25,845 nt of DNA from assembly GCA_016792845.1 (NCBI GenBank), contig JAEUKH010000043.1:1-25845 (forward strand), in the 5' to 3' direction. Origin of the DNA: Myxococcales bacterium. Lineage in GTDB: Bacteria > Myxococcota_A > Polyangia > Polyangiales > Ga0077539. The notes under the pieces were generated by a model. It saw only the letters and a program-made list of their open reading frames with translations. It did no database searches and had not been told where the DNA came from. The position numbers were made by a program, and so were the translations under genes. Within the stretch, counting starts at the first letter, position 1, and each line of letters begins with the position of its first letter. Shown piece by piece: positions 15,708-25,608 of this stretch.

Positions 15708-16601
15708 CTACATCACCCGCTGCGAGACCGCCCGCGACGCGGTGTTGCCCCGGGCCAGCGCGAAGCGCTCGGTGGCCCGCTCGGTGGCGCCGTTGCGTTC
15801 GACCGCGTAGCCGACATGCCAGGCGCTGCCCGCAAAGCGCAGCGCGTCGACCGAGCGCACCGACTCGCCCTCGGCCACCACCGCGCCGTCGCCGATGCGG
15901 GCGCCGCTCGGTGAGACCCGCGCGAAATACACCCCGCGCCAGAGGCCCACGGCCACCGCGAACTCGCGCCCATTCCACCCGAGGCGCACGCTCTCGGGCG
16001 CCTCAAGGCCCTCGTGCACGATGCTGGCCCGACCGACCGGGCGACCCTCGGCGTCGAGCCGCCGAAAGCGAACCCGGCCGTTGTCGCCGTCGACCCAGGC
16101 CACGCCGTACCCCCCGGGGATGGCCACCACCGACGGAGCTCCGACGAGTTCTTCGTCAGCGTCGACGACATGGTGCAGATTGACCCCGCGGCCCATCGCA
16201 TGACCCTGCCCATCGACCCGACCGAAGTAGAGGTCACCGTGGTGATGCCCCGTCCACGCGAGGGCGGTGCGGCCGCTCTCGGCCGACTGGGCGATCTCTT
16301 GGTGGTCGCGGTCTTCTCGAAAGCTCAAGCCCGACTGCGCGGGCTGCCCCTCGGGCACCGCCTCGGTCTCGTCTGCCGACTCGGCCACCGCGGGCGCCAC
16401 CGCGGGCTCAACGCGCGGTTCGGGTGTCACCGCCGACGCGCGCCGCGCCCCGCCCGCCAAAGCCCCCTGGGCCCCCGCCGCCACCGCCTGCTGGACCGCC
16501 GCCCCGTCGACGCCGCGCGGTGCCTCGCAGCCCGCCATCGCCCCCGCCAAAAGGGTGCCCAGCGAGAGCGTCATCGTCAGTGCGTGCCGTGCTTTGCGCA
16601 T
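15708..16601 (-). CDS. lipoprotein, function unknown
   Basis: Start ATG 16601 (MRKARHALTMTLSLGTLLAGAMAGCEAP..., lipobox AGC), with GAGG 8 nt upstream. Ala/Pro/Glu-rich linker, then a globular C-terminal domain. The 826-aa ORF in the track is this gene artificially extended antisense through the neighbouring gene. Confidence 0.6.
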   Translation of the reverse strand: MRKARHALTMTLSLGTLLAGAMAGCEAPRGVDGAAVQQAVAAGAQGALAGGARRASAVTPEPRVEPAVAPAVAESADETEAVPEGQPAQSGLSFREDRDHQEIAQSAESGRTALAWTGHHHGDLYFGRVDGQGHAMGRGVNLHHVVDADEELVGAPSVVAIPGGYGVAWVDGDNGRVRFRRLDAEGRPVGRASIVHEGLEAPESVRLGWNGREFAVAVGLWRGVYFARVSPSGARIGDGAVVAEGESVRSVDALRFAGSAWHVGYAVERNGATERATERFALARGNTASRAVSQRVM

Positions 16602-16793
16602 CAGAAACCTCGTCTTGTTTGGCGTTGCGAGGGCAGACACTAACCCTTCTTGCGACTCTCTGAGAAGGGCCCCCACGACATTTCGGCCATGTGAGGGTAT
16701 GTAGGTCTGCCCCCTCTCGCGGTGCGGGAGCGGGGCCCGTACGGTGTGAAGTGACGCGAGGATACGCTCGGCGGGTGGAATCGTATTCCCCCG

Positions 16794-19238
16794 GTGGTAG
16801 CGTCGCGGCCTTTCGCGATGTCGGAGCTTTCTAGACGGACGACGCTGGTGTTGCTGGCCCTTGTGGCGGGCTCGATCGTGACCATCGAGGTCTTGCTCAC
16901 GCGGGTCTTGTCGGTCTCGACCTGGTACGGCCTGGCCTTCGTGGTGTTGAGCGTGGCGATGCTGGGGCTGTCGTCGGGCGCGCTTTGGGCGGCCCGGGCG
17001 GCCGAAGCGGGCGAGGCCCTCGCGCCGTGGGTGGCCAGGCGGCTCGTGACCATGGCGGTGAGCCTCGGCGGCGCGACGGTGCTCTTGTGCGCGATGCCCG
17101 TCGCGTTTGCGCCCAACCTGACGTCGTTCTTGTCGCTGTTGGGGGTGGTGGGGGCGGTGGCCCTTCCGTTGGTGTGCGGCAGCGCGGTGGTGGCGCGGCT
17201 CATGGCCGAGGGTGACGTGCCCTTGCCCACGCTCTATGCGGTCGATCTTGGGAGCGCCGCGGCGGGGGCGCTCTTGCCGTTGGTGCTCCTCGGCCCGCTC
17301 TCGGGGCCTGGGGCGCTCCTGGCCATCGCGGGGCTCATGGCCGCGGCGGCCGCGGTGGTGGCCCCGGAGGCAGAGCGGAGCCTCGCGCGGGTGCTCGTGG
17401 CCACGGCGGCGACCCTGGTGTTTGTCACCGAGGCGATGCCCCGGGCGGGGCTCCATGTGCGCTACCCGAAGGGCATCTTGAGGCCCGACGACGAGGTGCC
17501 CCGCTTCGAAGCGTGGAACCCCCTCTCGCACGTCTACGTCACGGATTTTCGAGAGCTCCCGGCCCCGCCGCTCTGGAGCGCCTCGCCCCGCACCCCCGCG
17601 GTGCGCACCACGGCCGCGAACGCGCGCATCGACGGCGAGGCGGCAACGCCCATCTACCGCTTTCACCGCACGCAAGAGCTGAACGTCCTTCGCTTCGACG
17701 CCACCACCTCGGCCCACGCGCTGCGGCCCGAGGGCACCGCTTGCGTGATCGGCGTCGGCGGCGGCCGCGACCTCTTGACGGCGCTCAACTACGGCCACGA
17801 CCGTGTGTACGGCGCCGAGATCAACCCCGCGATGGTGGCGATGCTCGGGGCCGTTCAGAGCGAATCGCCGGTGCTGAGCGACCCGCGGGTCACCGTTCGG
17901 GTGGGCGACGGGCGGGCGCTCTATGCCGCCACGAACGTGCACTGCGAGGTACTGCAAGCCTCGCTGGTCGACACCTGGGCGGCCACCACGGCGGGGGCCT
18001 TCGCGCACACCGAGTCGACGCTCTACACCCGCGAGGCGTGGGCGGTGTTCTTGCGCCGCACGGCCCCGCGCGGTGTGGTGACCTTCTCGCGCTGGTACGA
18101 CCCGCGGCGCGCGAGCGAGACCTCGCGGCTCGTGTCGCTGGCGGTGGCCTCGCTTCTCGACCGCGGCGTGACCGCGCCCGAGGGGCACATCGCGCTCTTG
18201 GGCGCGGGGGTGGTGGCGACCATCCTGGTGAGCCCGGCGCCCTTCTCAGAGGCCGACCTCGCGGCCCTCGCCGAGCTCGAGACGCGCTTTCAGTTCAGGG
18301 TGCTTTTGGCCCCGGGGCGAGCGCCGGCTGACCCGCTCCTCGGGCGGTTGTGGCGCGCCCGGAGCCTCGGCGCCTTGGCCGACATCGGGCGCCCCGAGGG
18401 CCTCGACACGAGCGCTCCCACCGACGACCGGCCCTTCTTCTTTCAGCTCCTCGCGCCGTCTCAGTGGCTTCACCCGATGGCGGCGCTCGAGCGGGCGCGC
18501 AACAGCTCGGGCGTGCTCGCGGGCAATGCGACGGCCATGTTCGAGCTGCTGGTGACCTTCTCGGCCACGCTGCTCCTCGGCCTGGCGCTCTTGGGCCCGA
18601 CCCTGGCGGCGGCCTTTCGCGCGCGGCGTCCGGCGCTGCCAGGGCCTCGCGCGGCGGTGTATTTTGGCGCGCTCGGGGCGGGCTTCATGTTGGCCGAGAT
18701 CGCCCTCGTTCAGCGCATGCATGTGGTGCTCGGGCACCCGACCTATGCGCTCGTGGTGGTGCTCGCGGGGCTCCTCATCGCGACCGGGCTCGGGAGCTAT
18801 CTCTCGTCGCGCTGGGTGCGCTCGCGGGGGGCCGTGTCGCGGCTCGGCGCGCTCGTGGGGGTGGGCCTTGTGGCCTTGCCGCACCTCGTGATCGGGCCCC
18901 TCGCCCGCGCCACCCTCGACGGCAGCTTCGCCCTCCGCGCCCTCTGGACGGGCGGCGTCGCGGGCCTGGTCGGCCTCGGCCTGGGGATGTTCTTCCCCTC
19001 GGGGGTGCGCTTCACCGACCGCGCCCGGGGCGCCTCGGTGGCCCTCGCCGTCAACGGCGCGACGAGCGTGCTCGGCAGCGTGCTCGCCATCGTGCTGTCG
19101 GTCTGGTTCGGCATCGCGGCGAGCTTCGCCGCGGCGGGGCTCTTCTACCTCGTCGCCGCCTGGGCGGGCCCCTCGGGTTGGAGCCCGCTCGACGCGGAGC
19201 CCCCTGCCGAGGGTGAGGCCCCCGAGACGGCGCCCTGA
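16794..19238 (+). CDS. fused MFS-like membrane domain / spermidine synthase-like protein
   Basis: N-terminal and C-terminal multi-TM regions flank a spermidine/spermine synthase-type methyltransferase-fold core (ACVIGVGGGRDLLTALNYGHDRVYGAEINPAMV). This architecture is commonly annotated as fused MFS/spermidine synthase. An alternative start is ATG 16818 (MSELS...). Confidence 0.75.
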   Translation: MVASRPFAMSELSRRTTLVLLALVAGSIVTIEVLLTRVLSVSTWYGLAFVVLSVAMLGLSSGALWAARAAEAGEALAPWVARRLVTMAVSLGGATVLLCAMPVAFAPNLTSFLSLLGVVGAVALPLVCGSAVVARLMAEGDVPLPTLYAVDLGSAAAGALLPLVLLGPLSGPGALLAIAGLMAAAAAVVAPEAERSLARVLVATAATLVFVTEAMPRAGLHVRYPKGILRPDDEVPRFEAWNPLSHVYVTDFRELPAPPLWSASPRTPAVRTTAANARIDGEAATPIYRFHRTQELNVLRFDATTSAHALRPEGTACVIGVGGGRDLLTALNYGHDRVYGAEINPAMVAMLGAVQSESPVLSDPRVTVRVGDGRALYAATNVHCEVLQASLVDTWAATTAGAFAHTESTLYTREAWAVFLRRTAPRGVVTFSRWYDPRRASETSRLVSLAVASLLDRGVTAPEGHIALLGAGVVATILVSPAPFSEADLAALAELETRFQFRVLLAPGRAPADPLLGRLWRARSLGALADIGRPEGLDTSAPTDDRPFFFQLLAPSQWLHPMAALERARNSSGVLAGNATAMFELLVTFSATLLLGLALLGPTLAAAFRARRPALPGPRAAVYFGALGAGFMLAEIALVQRMHVVLGHPTYALVVVLAGLLIATGLGSYLSSRWVRSRGAVSRLGALVGVGLVALPHLVIGPLARATLDGSFALRALWTGGVAGLVGLGLGMFFPSGVRFTDRARGASVALAVNGATSVLGSVLAIVLSVWFGIAASFAAAGLFYLVAAWAGPSGWSPLDAEPPAEGEAPETAP

Positions 19239-20116
19239 GGGCCCGCCAGGGGCGTCTCGGGGCTCGCCTGGGGGGTCGGGGCGTGGGCGTGCCGTCGACG
19301 CCTTGAGAGGGGCATTCCGCGCGGCGCCTCGTGACCGAGGGGGCGGTAGAAGGCCCCGAGCCCGACCATGCGGTAGGGCGCCTCGCCGCGGGCGATGAGG
19401 GCGGCGTTGCGACGGTCGAGCTCGTTCAAGATCAGCGGCACGGCCGAGACGCTCCACGGGCGGGTGTCGTGTTGCAAGACCACGCCGCCGCGGGGGTGAC
19501 CGTCGAGGGCGGCGCGAAAGTTTCGCAGCACCGCGCGGGGGTCTCGCACCTCCCAGTCGTGGGTGTCGAGCATCCAGTAGGCGGGGGTGTAACCCCTTGA
19601 AAAGACAGCATCAATGGCGCGACGCGAGCCGAGGAGGCCGAAGGGCGCGCGGAAGAGCGCCGGGCGCCGCCCTAGGGTGGCGGTGATGAGCTGGTCGGTG
19701 CGGTCGAGCTCGAACGCGAGGCGCTCGGGCCTCAGGCCGTCGAGCACGATGTGCCGGTACCCGTGGGCGGCGATGGTGTGCCCTTGGCGCGACGCTTCGA
19801 CGAGGGTCTCGCGGTTGCGTCGGTGAAAGAGGTCGTCGCCGTCGAGGCGGTGGCCGACCGCGAAGAAGGTCACCCGGAGCCTGCGCTCGGCCAGGAGGCG
19901 CAGGAGCCGCGGAGTGGTGCGGTAGTCAGGGCCGTCGTCGAAGGTGAGGGCGATGCAGCGGGGGTACCGCGGGGGGCACTCGCCGTCGATGAGCTGCCCC
20001 CCGCCGAGGGGGCCGCGCGGGTGGCGCGAGACGGGGCCTCGGAGCGCGAGGGCGCTCGTGAGCGGTAGCGCCAAGAGCGCGGCGGCGAGGAGGATCGGGC
20101 GGGCTCCCAAAGACAT
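19145..20116 (-). CDS. polysaccharide deacetylase (NodB homology domain), secreted
   Basis: Signal peptide MSLGARPILLAAALLALPLTSALA. NodB motifs LTFDDGP, HGYRH and VVLQHD. The last ~31 codons overlap the convergent 16794..19238 gene. The low-complexity tail may not be real. Confidence 0.75.
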   Translation of the reverse strand: MSLGARPILLAAALLALPLTSALALRGPVSRHPRGPLGGGQLIDGECPPRYPRCIALTFDDGPDYRTTPRLLRLLAERRLRVTFFAVGHRLDGDDLFHRRNRETLVEASRQGHTIAAHGYRHIVLDGLRPERLAFELDRTDQLITATLGRRPALFRAPFGLLGSRRAIDAVFSRGYTPAYWMLDTHDWEVRDPRAVLRNFRAALDGHPRGGVVLQHDTRPWSVSAVPLILNELDRRNAALIARGEAPYRMVGLGAFYRPLGHEAPRGMPLSRRRRHAHAPTPQASPETPLAGPQGAVSGASPSAGGSASSGLQPEGPAQAATR

Positions 20117-20117
20117 C

Positions 20118-20140
20118 GGGCCTACCGATACGGCAGGCCC
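20118..20140. repeat. degenerate third copy of the CCTACCGAT...GGTAGG palindrome (GGGCCTACCGATACGGCAGGCCC)
   Basis: Near-palindrome sharing the CCTACCGAT core. It lies 2 nt upstream of the deacetylase start codon and 57 bp downstream of the stop of 20197..22038. Confidence 0.6.
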
Positions 20141-20196
20141 GCGCCCGATGCGGAATTTCGCGCAACCCCTCGCGCGCGGGGGCTACGCCGCGCCGC

Positions 20197-22038
20197 TCAG
20201 TTCGCCGCCGGGAAGAGGTCGACGGTGAGGGTGTACGCCGCGATGGGGGCGCCCTGGTACGAGCTCACGCACACCGCGTAGGTGCCCGCGGCGAGGCGGT
20301 TGAGGGCGCCGCCGGCGGTGCCGTCGAGGCGCGAGCAGAGGTTGCCCTGCGCGATGTCGTCGTTGGTGGCGATGGCCGTGGTCGAGCCCGCGCGGAAGAC
20401 CTCGACGATCGAGTCTTCGCCCTGCGCGAGGGCGCAGGTGCCGGTGGGCGTGGCGGTGGTCACGCGGAGCGACGCGTTCGCCGGCACGGTGACGTTGAAG
20501 CAGTCGACGTCGTCTTCGGGCGTCACGGCGCCGGTGAAGATGGTCGAGCGGGTCACGGTGGGGTTGGCCATCGCGGGGGTGTTGTTGGGCTCCATCTCGC
20601 GGGTCGGGGCGGTGCAGGTGCCCGCGGCCGAGCCGGGCATGTCGGCGCTGCAGGCGGTGCCCGTGGCGCACGCGGTGGTGTTGTAGCGGAGGTCGCACGC
20701 GCCGCCCATGGCGACCGGACGGCGGCAGACGCCCGAGGTCGTGGCCGAGCAGTCGAAGCCGGTGTCGCAGGGGGTGCTCACGCCACCGTCGGCCAAGGCG
20801 CCGCTGCGGCAGGCGGTGCCCGCGGCGGTGCCGTTGGCGACGCAGGTGAACATGCCGGCCATCGCGCCGGGCACGCAGGTCGAGCCCGAGGGGCAGAACG
20901 TGCGGACGTTCTGCGGGTCGCAGGCGCCGCCGGGGGTGGCCGGGGCGCGGCAGGTCGGGGCCGTGCCCGAGGCGCACTCAAGGCCCGCTTCGCAGCGCGG
21001 CGAGTCGGCGCGGCAGGCGCCGCCCTGGGTGCCGTTGGCGACGCAGGTGCGCACCGCGGGGTCGGCCGGGTTCGACGCCTGGCAGCTCGCGCCGGTGGCG
21101 CAGATGGTGCCGGCCTCGGCGCAGTTGCCGCCCACATCGACGGTGCGGAGGCAGGTGCCGCGCGCGGTCATCGTCGGCATCGCGGCCGAGCAGGTGAGGC
21201 CCATCTCGCAAGCCGCGCCGGTCAGGCGGCAGCGGCCGCGGAGGGTGCCGTCGGCGATGCAGGTGCCCATGGTGGTCGAGCCGGGGTTGGCGATGCAGAC
21301 CGCGGGGTCGGCGCAGACCGAAGCGCCGGTGCAGGGCATGCCCACCGGGGTCGGGGTGATCTCTTGAACGAGGAGCTCGTAGTCGCCCTGCGCGTCGGCG
21401 CCGTCGACGGTGGGGAAGTACGTGCCCACCACGATGAAGACCTCGGTGCCCATGGGGATGGGCGCCGTCGAGCGCGCGTTCGACTGGAGAATCTGCTGCG
21501 ACACGTCGTCGTTGCAGCCGAGGCTCATGCCCGTGGTGCTGCACGCCGAGGTGATGGCGACGACGGTGTCGAGGGTCTCGAGGGTCGCCTTCGACACGGT
21601 GGTCGCCTGGAGCACGGCGGTGCTGCGCATGCGGTAGCGGTGCACGACCTGGTGCGCGATGGTGGGCATGTTCTGCCCGCCGAGGCAGCCCGCGGGGGCC
21701 GCGATGCCGCCGGTCTCAGGCGCGCGGCTGTTGTTGCCGGCGTAGATCACCATGCCCATGGCGTCGGGCGTACGGGTGGTGAGGTCGATCTGCGCGTCGG
21801 CGGCGCAGGGGTTGGTCACCGCCGGGCCGCGGTCGGTGGTGGTGACCCGATCGGTGGTGGGGCCGCGGTCGGTGACCGGACCGGCGTCGCCCCGCCCGCC
21901 ATCCATGGCGGTGGCGTCGGTGGTGGCGCCTGAATCTGTGCCCCCGCCGTTACCGTTGCCGCCGCTGCTGCTACAGCCCATCAAGTACGCGCCGCCCACG
22001 AGCATCGCGCCCACAACCCAGCTTCCACGCAAACGCAT
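20197..22038 (-). CDS. secreted lipoprotein with Myxococcus-type cysteine-rich repeats and a C-terminal pre-peptidase (PPC) domain
   Basis: Start ATG 22038 (MRLRGSWVVGAMLVGGAYLMGCSSSGG...), with GGAGG 5 nt upstream. About nine tandem modules of the form C-x(6-9)-C-x(4-6)-C-x(5-8)-C (for example GACRADSPRCEAGLECASGTAPTCRAP). The C-terminal ~100 aa (EPNNTPAMANPTV...DDVDCFNVTV...GTYAVCVSSY) fits a PPC domain. Confidence 0.7.
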   Translation of the reverse strand: MRLRGSWVVGAMLVGGAYLMGCSSSGGNGNGGGTDSGATTDATAMDGGRGDAGPVTDRGPTTDRVTTTDRGPAVTNPCAADAQIDLTTRTPDAMGMVIYAGNNSRAPETGGIAAPAGCLGGQNMPTIAHQVVHRYRMRSTAVLQATTVSKATLETLDTVVAITSACSTTGMSLGCNDDVSQQILQSNARSTAPIPMGTEVFIVVGTYFPTVDGADAQGDYELLVQEITPTPVGMPCTGASVCADPAVCIANPGSTTMGTCIADGTLRGRCRLTGAACEMGLTCSAAMPTMTARGTCLRTVDVGGNCAEAGTICATGASCQASNPADPAVRTCVANGTQGGACRADSPRCEAGLECASGTAPTCRAPATPGGACDPQNVRTFCPSGSTCVPGAMAGMFTCVANGTAAGTACRSGALADGGVSTPCDTGFDCSATTSGVCRRPVAMGGACDLRYNTTACATGTACSADMPGSAAGTCTAPTREMEPNNTPAMANPTVTRSTIFTGAVTPEDDVDCFNVTVPANASLRVTTATPTGTCALAQGEDSIVEVFRAGSTTAIATNDDIAQGNLCSRLDGTAGGALNRLAAGTYAVCVSSYQGAPIAAYTLTVDLFPAAN

Positions 22039-22169
22039 TGTCGCCTCCGAAATCAAGTACAGCGGGTGCACGAACCACACGGCCGTCACCCAAGCGCGGC
22101 GAACCTTTCGCACGCCCTTTTCACGCGGTCAACCGCCACCCTGCCTTCACGGCCCTGCGGCGTGGCGCG

Positions 22170-23108
22170 TCACTCGACGGTCACCGGGGTCTCGCACGCG
22201 CTCGTGCCGCCGTGACCGTCGCGGAGAAACACCCAGAGCGTCTGCGGGCCCGCGGCGGCGCCGGTGCGCCAGGCGTTGTCGCGGGTGGGCGAGCGGGTGC
22301 TCTGCCGGGCCAGGTCGCCGCTGCTCGCATACCACGCGTAGAAGCCGCGCTCTTCGCGGGTGGCGAGGGTGCCCGTGGCGTTGAGGATGGTGTACCGCTG
22401 CTGCCAGGCGGTCTCGTCGCCGTCGGGCGCGAGGGCCACGCTGGCGTTGCGCGGCGCCGTGAGGGGGCGGCCGTCTTCGGCGACGCAGCGTCGGTCTGAG
22501 CCCGCCTCGCGGCCGACCCAGCGCCCGTCGAAGCGGAAGCGCGGGGCGGGCGGGTTCGTGTTGGCGTTCTCGCGGTTGGCCGAGACCACCACGCGCTTGT
22601 ATCCGCGCAAGACGCGGCCGTCGACCTCGACGGTGACCGCGAAGCCCAGCACGAGCCCGATGTCGCGGGCGAGGGCGGCGATGACCTCGGGCGACACTGG
22701 GAGGTTTTGCCCGCCCATGGCCGCGCGTCGCGCCGCTTCTTCGAGGGCTTCGAGGAGGTTCGCGGGCACCGGCAGGGTGGCGGTCGGCCCGGTGCCGAGG
22801 TTTGCGGCGGCGCCGCCGTCGGTGCCGAAGCACCCCGACTCTGAGCTGTTGGTGCCGAAATCGCTGACGTTGGTGGCGCCGCGCGAGATGGTGTTGGCCA
22901 CGCACCATTGCCAGCGATAGGTCGGCGCGGCGTTCTCTGAGAGCCCTGCGAGAAAGACCGAGAGGCTCACCGACTGGCCGGGGTTCACCTCGGGGCGATC
23001 GGCCACCATGTCGAGGATGCGGGGGCCGGTGACGAGCTCTTTCGAGTCGAGCGACTCGATGCAGCCCGTGGCCGCGAGGGCCATCGCGAGGAGCGCGGCG
23101 CGGGTCAT
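22170..23108 (-). CDS. lipoprotein, function unknown (translationally coupled to the upstream TonB-dependent receptor gene)
   Basis: MTRAALLAMALAATGCIESLD (lipobox ATGC). Its ATG lies 1 nt after the TGA of the receptor gene (TGAcATG). Confidence 0.55.
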   Translation of the reverse strand: MTRAALLAMALAATGCIESLDSKELVTGPRILDMVADRPEVNPGQSVSLSVFLAGLSENAAPTYRWQWCVANTISRGATNVSDFGTNSSESGCFGTDGGAAANLGTGPTATLPVPANLLEALEEAARRAAMGGQNLPVSPEVIAALARDIGLVLGFAVTVEVDGRVLRGYKRVVVSANRENANTNPPAPRFRFDGRWVGREAGSDRRCVAEDGRPLTAPRNASVALAPDGDETAWQQRYTILNATGTLATREERGFYAWYASSGDLARQSTRSPTRDNAWRTGAAAGPQTLWVFLRDGHGGTSACETPVTVE

Positions 23109-23109
23109 G

Positions 23110-25569
23110 TCAGTACTCTCCGGTGAGGCCGAGGGTGGGCAAGATGGGCAGCCCGGGGAAGGCCGTGCGGCGCGCGAAGTCGTACTGGTAGAGCCAGTTC
23201 TCGGTGTTCTGGGCGTAGTACGCGTTGATCACGTCGAGGTAGGCTGACATCTGCAAGGGGCCCCAGCGGAAGCGGTAATCGGCGCGCACGTCGAGCTGGT
23301 GGTAGGCCGGCAGCCGCTCGGTGTCGCTGCCGTCGGCGGCGCGGGGCGCGTAGAGCGGGCGGTGGCGGTCGACGTCGGCGTCGAAGAACGAGCCCGTCAC
23401 CCGCTGCCGAGGCGAGCCCGTGGCGAGCTGGAAGCGGGCGCCGAGGCGCCAGCGGGCGTTGATGTTCCACGAAGCGGCGATGTTCAGAATGTGGGTCTGG
23501 TCGAAGGGGAAGGCGACCACGGCCCCGCCCGGCACGAAGCGCTCGCTCCGCGACAGGGTGTACGAGACCCACCCGTAGACGCCCCGTTCGAGCCGCCGAC
23601 GGAGCTGAAATTCCAGCCCGTAGGCCCGCCCCTGCCCGTCGTCTGAGACCGTCTGCCGCTCGGGGCCATTGGGCCCCTGCACCACGTCGTTCGAGGTGCG
23701 CTGGAGGTTGTACATCCGGGTGTAGAACCCCGTGACCCGGGTCTCGAATCCGCCCGGCAGCGTGGCCTCGGCCCCCGCCGACGACTGCCACGAGCGCTGC
23801 GGCACGAGGTCGGGGTTTCGCAGCCCCGGCACGATCTGAAAGAAGGGCGGCGGCTGGTGAAAGAAGCCCGTCGCGGCCATCGCCGTCACGCGGCTCGTGA
23901 CCTTGACCCTGAGCACCGTACGGGGGTCGGCGATCCAGCCCTCGTAGGCCGCGTAGGTGAGCCGATCGAGGCGCATGCCCGCGGTGAGCTCGACGGGCCC
24001 GACCCGCAGCACCTCTTCGAGGTACGGCGCCACCGAGAGCTGCGTGATGCGCGGCCTGAGGGTGTACACGTCGGGGGTAAAATTCGGCTCGGGGATGCCG
24101 CCGATGTTGTTCGGCAGGGGCGCGCGGAGGTCAGCGTCGAAGCTGATGGTGAGCACGTCGAGCCCGAGCGTCGTGGTGAGATACCGCCCCGTGGGGATCT
24201 TGAGCTGCGCGCGCTCTCCCAAGATGAACCCGCGCCCGTAGGCCGAGAGGTCGGGCTCGCCGGGCTGGGTGTTGGTCAGCGTGGTGCGGTCGACGCCCAC
24301 CGAGCCCGAGAGCATGAGCTGCATGCGGTGCGGGAGCGCGTAATCCCACCGGCCGATGAGGCGCTGAAAATTGTAGTTGAGCCCCGACGACTGCTCGGCC
24401 GTGGTCTCGCCCACCCCGGTGGCCGCGGTGCGGTCGAAATTGTCGTGGCTCCCGAAGAAGAACAGCGAGGCCCGAGAGCGCGCGTTAAATCGGTAATCTG
24501 CGCGAATCTGGTAGTCGGTGTACGAGAGCGAGACCCCGTCGACAAAGAGCGGCGCGAGGAGGTCGTAGTAGCTCCGCCGGAAGGCCACCGCAACGCTGCC
24601 GCGGCCGTGGTCGAAGGGCACCACCGCCATCGCCCCGGCGCGCAGCACGTCGATCTGAAACTCTAGAAACGTGCGGTCGGTGGGCGGCGGCCGCGTGGTG
24701 AGCGAGATCACCCCGGCGCTGAAGCGCCCGTACTCGACGGGGTACCCGCCGGGGTAGAAATCGAGCTGGCCGACGAGCCGCGACGAGATCACCGCGGGGC
24801 CCGCCCCGAAGTGATAGAGCAAGGGCACGGGGTAGCCGTCGATGAAGAAGCCCGTGTTCTCGAAGCTCGCGCCGCGCACGACGAAGAGCCCGAGCCCGAA
24901 GGGCGTACGCGCCACACCGGGCATCGTCGCGACGACCCGCGTGGGCTCGCCGAGGGTGCCCGGCACCGTGGTGAGCTCCTCGGCCCTGAGGGTCATCACC
25001 GTCGAGGCGCCCGCCTGACGGCGCCCGCGCACCACCGCCTCGTTGAGCGCGTCGGGGGCCCGCAACGGAGGCACCTCGGGCGAGGCCACGCGCTGCCCGG
25101 GCGCAGGCTGCGGGGCCTCGGGCGCGCGGGTGTCGCCCCCTGCCCCGGTCGGCGTCGTCGGGCCTTGCGGGGGCGCCGTCGCTTCGCCGCTGGGGCTCGC
25201 CGCGGGGCTCGCGGGGGCGGTCACCTCGCGCGTTCGCAGTCGAAAGCGAAAGCGCATCCGGGCGGCCACGGGCTGGCCGTTACGCACGGCGGGCGCGAAG
25301 CGCATCGCGCGGGTCGCTTCGAGCACCTGGGCGTCGAGGTCAGGGCGAAGGCTCTCGACCACCACCGCGTCGGTGACGGCGCCCTCGACGGTGACCGTAA
25401 ATTCGAGCCGCACCGCGGCCCCTTCGGGCAGGCCCGCGTCGGGCGGCAGGTTCACCGTCGGCGCTTCGAGCAAGCGCGGCGCATTGTCAGCCCAAGCGCG
25501 GGTCGCCGTCAGGGTCAGCGCCAACGAGGCCGCGAGGGCGCGCCGAAGCACAGAAGAAGAGACCTTCAT
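23110..25569 (-). CDS. TonB-dependent receptor family outer-membrane protein with N-terminal TonB-C-like domain
   Basis: Signal peptide MKVSSSVLRRALAASLALTLTATRAWA. The first ~110 aa resemble a TonB C-terminal domain (VRLEFTVTVEGAVTDAVVVES...ATRAMRFAPA). After a Pro-rich linker comes a plug domain (TVMTLRAEELTTVPGTLGEPTRVVATMPGVA...FFIDGYPV) and a long beta-barrel with typical blocks (RAYGLEFQLRRRLERGVYGWVSYTLSRSER). Confidence 0.75.
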   Translation of the reverse strand: MKVSSSVLRRALAASLALTLTATRAWADNAPRLLEAPTVNLPPDAGLPEGAAVRLEFTVTVEGAVTDAVVVESLRPDLDAQVLEATRAMRFAPAVRNGQPVAARMRFRFRLRTREVTAPASPAASPSGEATAPPQGPTTPTGAGGDTRAPEAPQPAPGQRVASPEVPPLRAPDALNEAVVRGRRQAGASTVMTLRAEELTTVPGTLGEPTRVVATMPGVARTPFGLGLFVVRGASFENTGFFIDGYPVPLLYHFGAGPAVISSRLVGQLDFYPGGYPVEYGRFSAGVISLTTRPPPTDRTFLEFQIDVLRAGAMAVVPFDHGRGSVAVAFRRSYYDLLAPLFVDGVSLSYTDYQIRADYRFNARSRASLFFFGSHDNFDRTAATGVGETTAEQSSGLNYNFQRLIGRWDYALPHRMQLMLSGSVGVDRTTLTNTQPGEPDLSAYGRGFILGERAQLKIPTGRYLTTTLGLDVLTISFDADLRAPLPNNIGGIPEPNFTPDVYTLRPRITQLSVAPYLEEVLRVGPVELTAGMRLDRLTYAAYEGWIADPRTVLRVKVTSRVTAMAATGFFHQPPPFFQIVPGLRNPDLVPQRSWQSSAGAEATLPGGFETRVTGFYTRMYNLQRTSNDVVQGPNGPERQTVSDDGQGRAYGLEFQLRRRLERGVYGWVSYTLSRSERFVPGGAVVAFPFDQTHILNIAASWNINARWRLGARFQLATGSPRQRVTGSFFDADVDRHRPLYAPRAADGSDTERLPAYHQLDVRADYRFRWGPLQMSAYLDVINAYYAQNTENWLYQYDFARRTAFPGLPILPTLGLTGEY

Positions 25570-25608
25570 CGCGAGTGGCGCCGAGTGTTGTGCGGCGTCG
25601 TGCCGATG

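Noticed and set aside
16424-16663. Proline-rich ORF (PPKPPGPPPPPPAGPPP)
   Set aside because: It lies inside and antisense to the lipoprotein gene 15708..16601 and is a GC-composition artefact.
15708-18188. 826-aa minus-strand ORF in the track
   Set aside because: Its N-terminal two-thirds is Arg/His/Gly-rich nonsense lying antisense to the well-supported 16794..19238 gene. Only the C-terminal 297 codons, from the lipoprotein signal peptide at 16601, look like a real gene.
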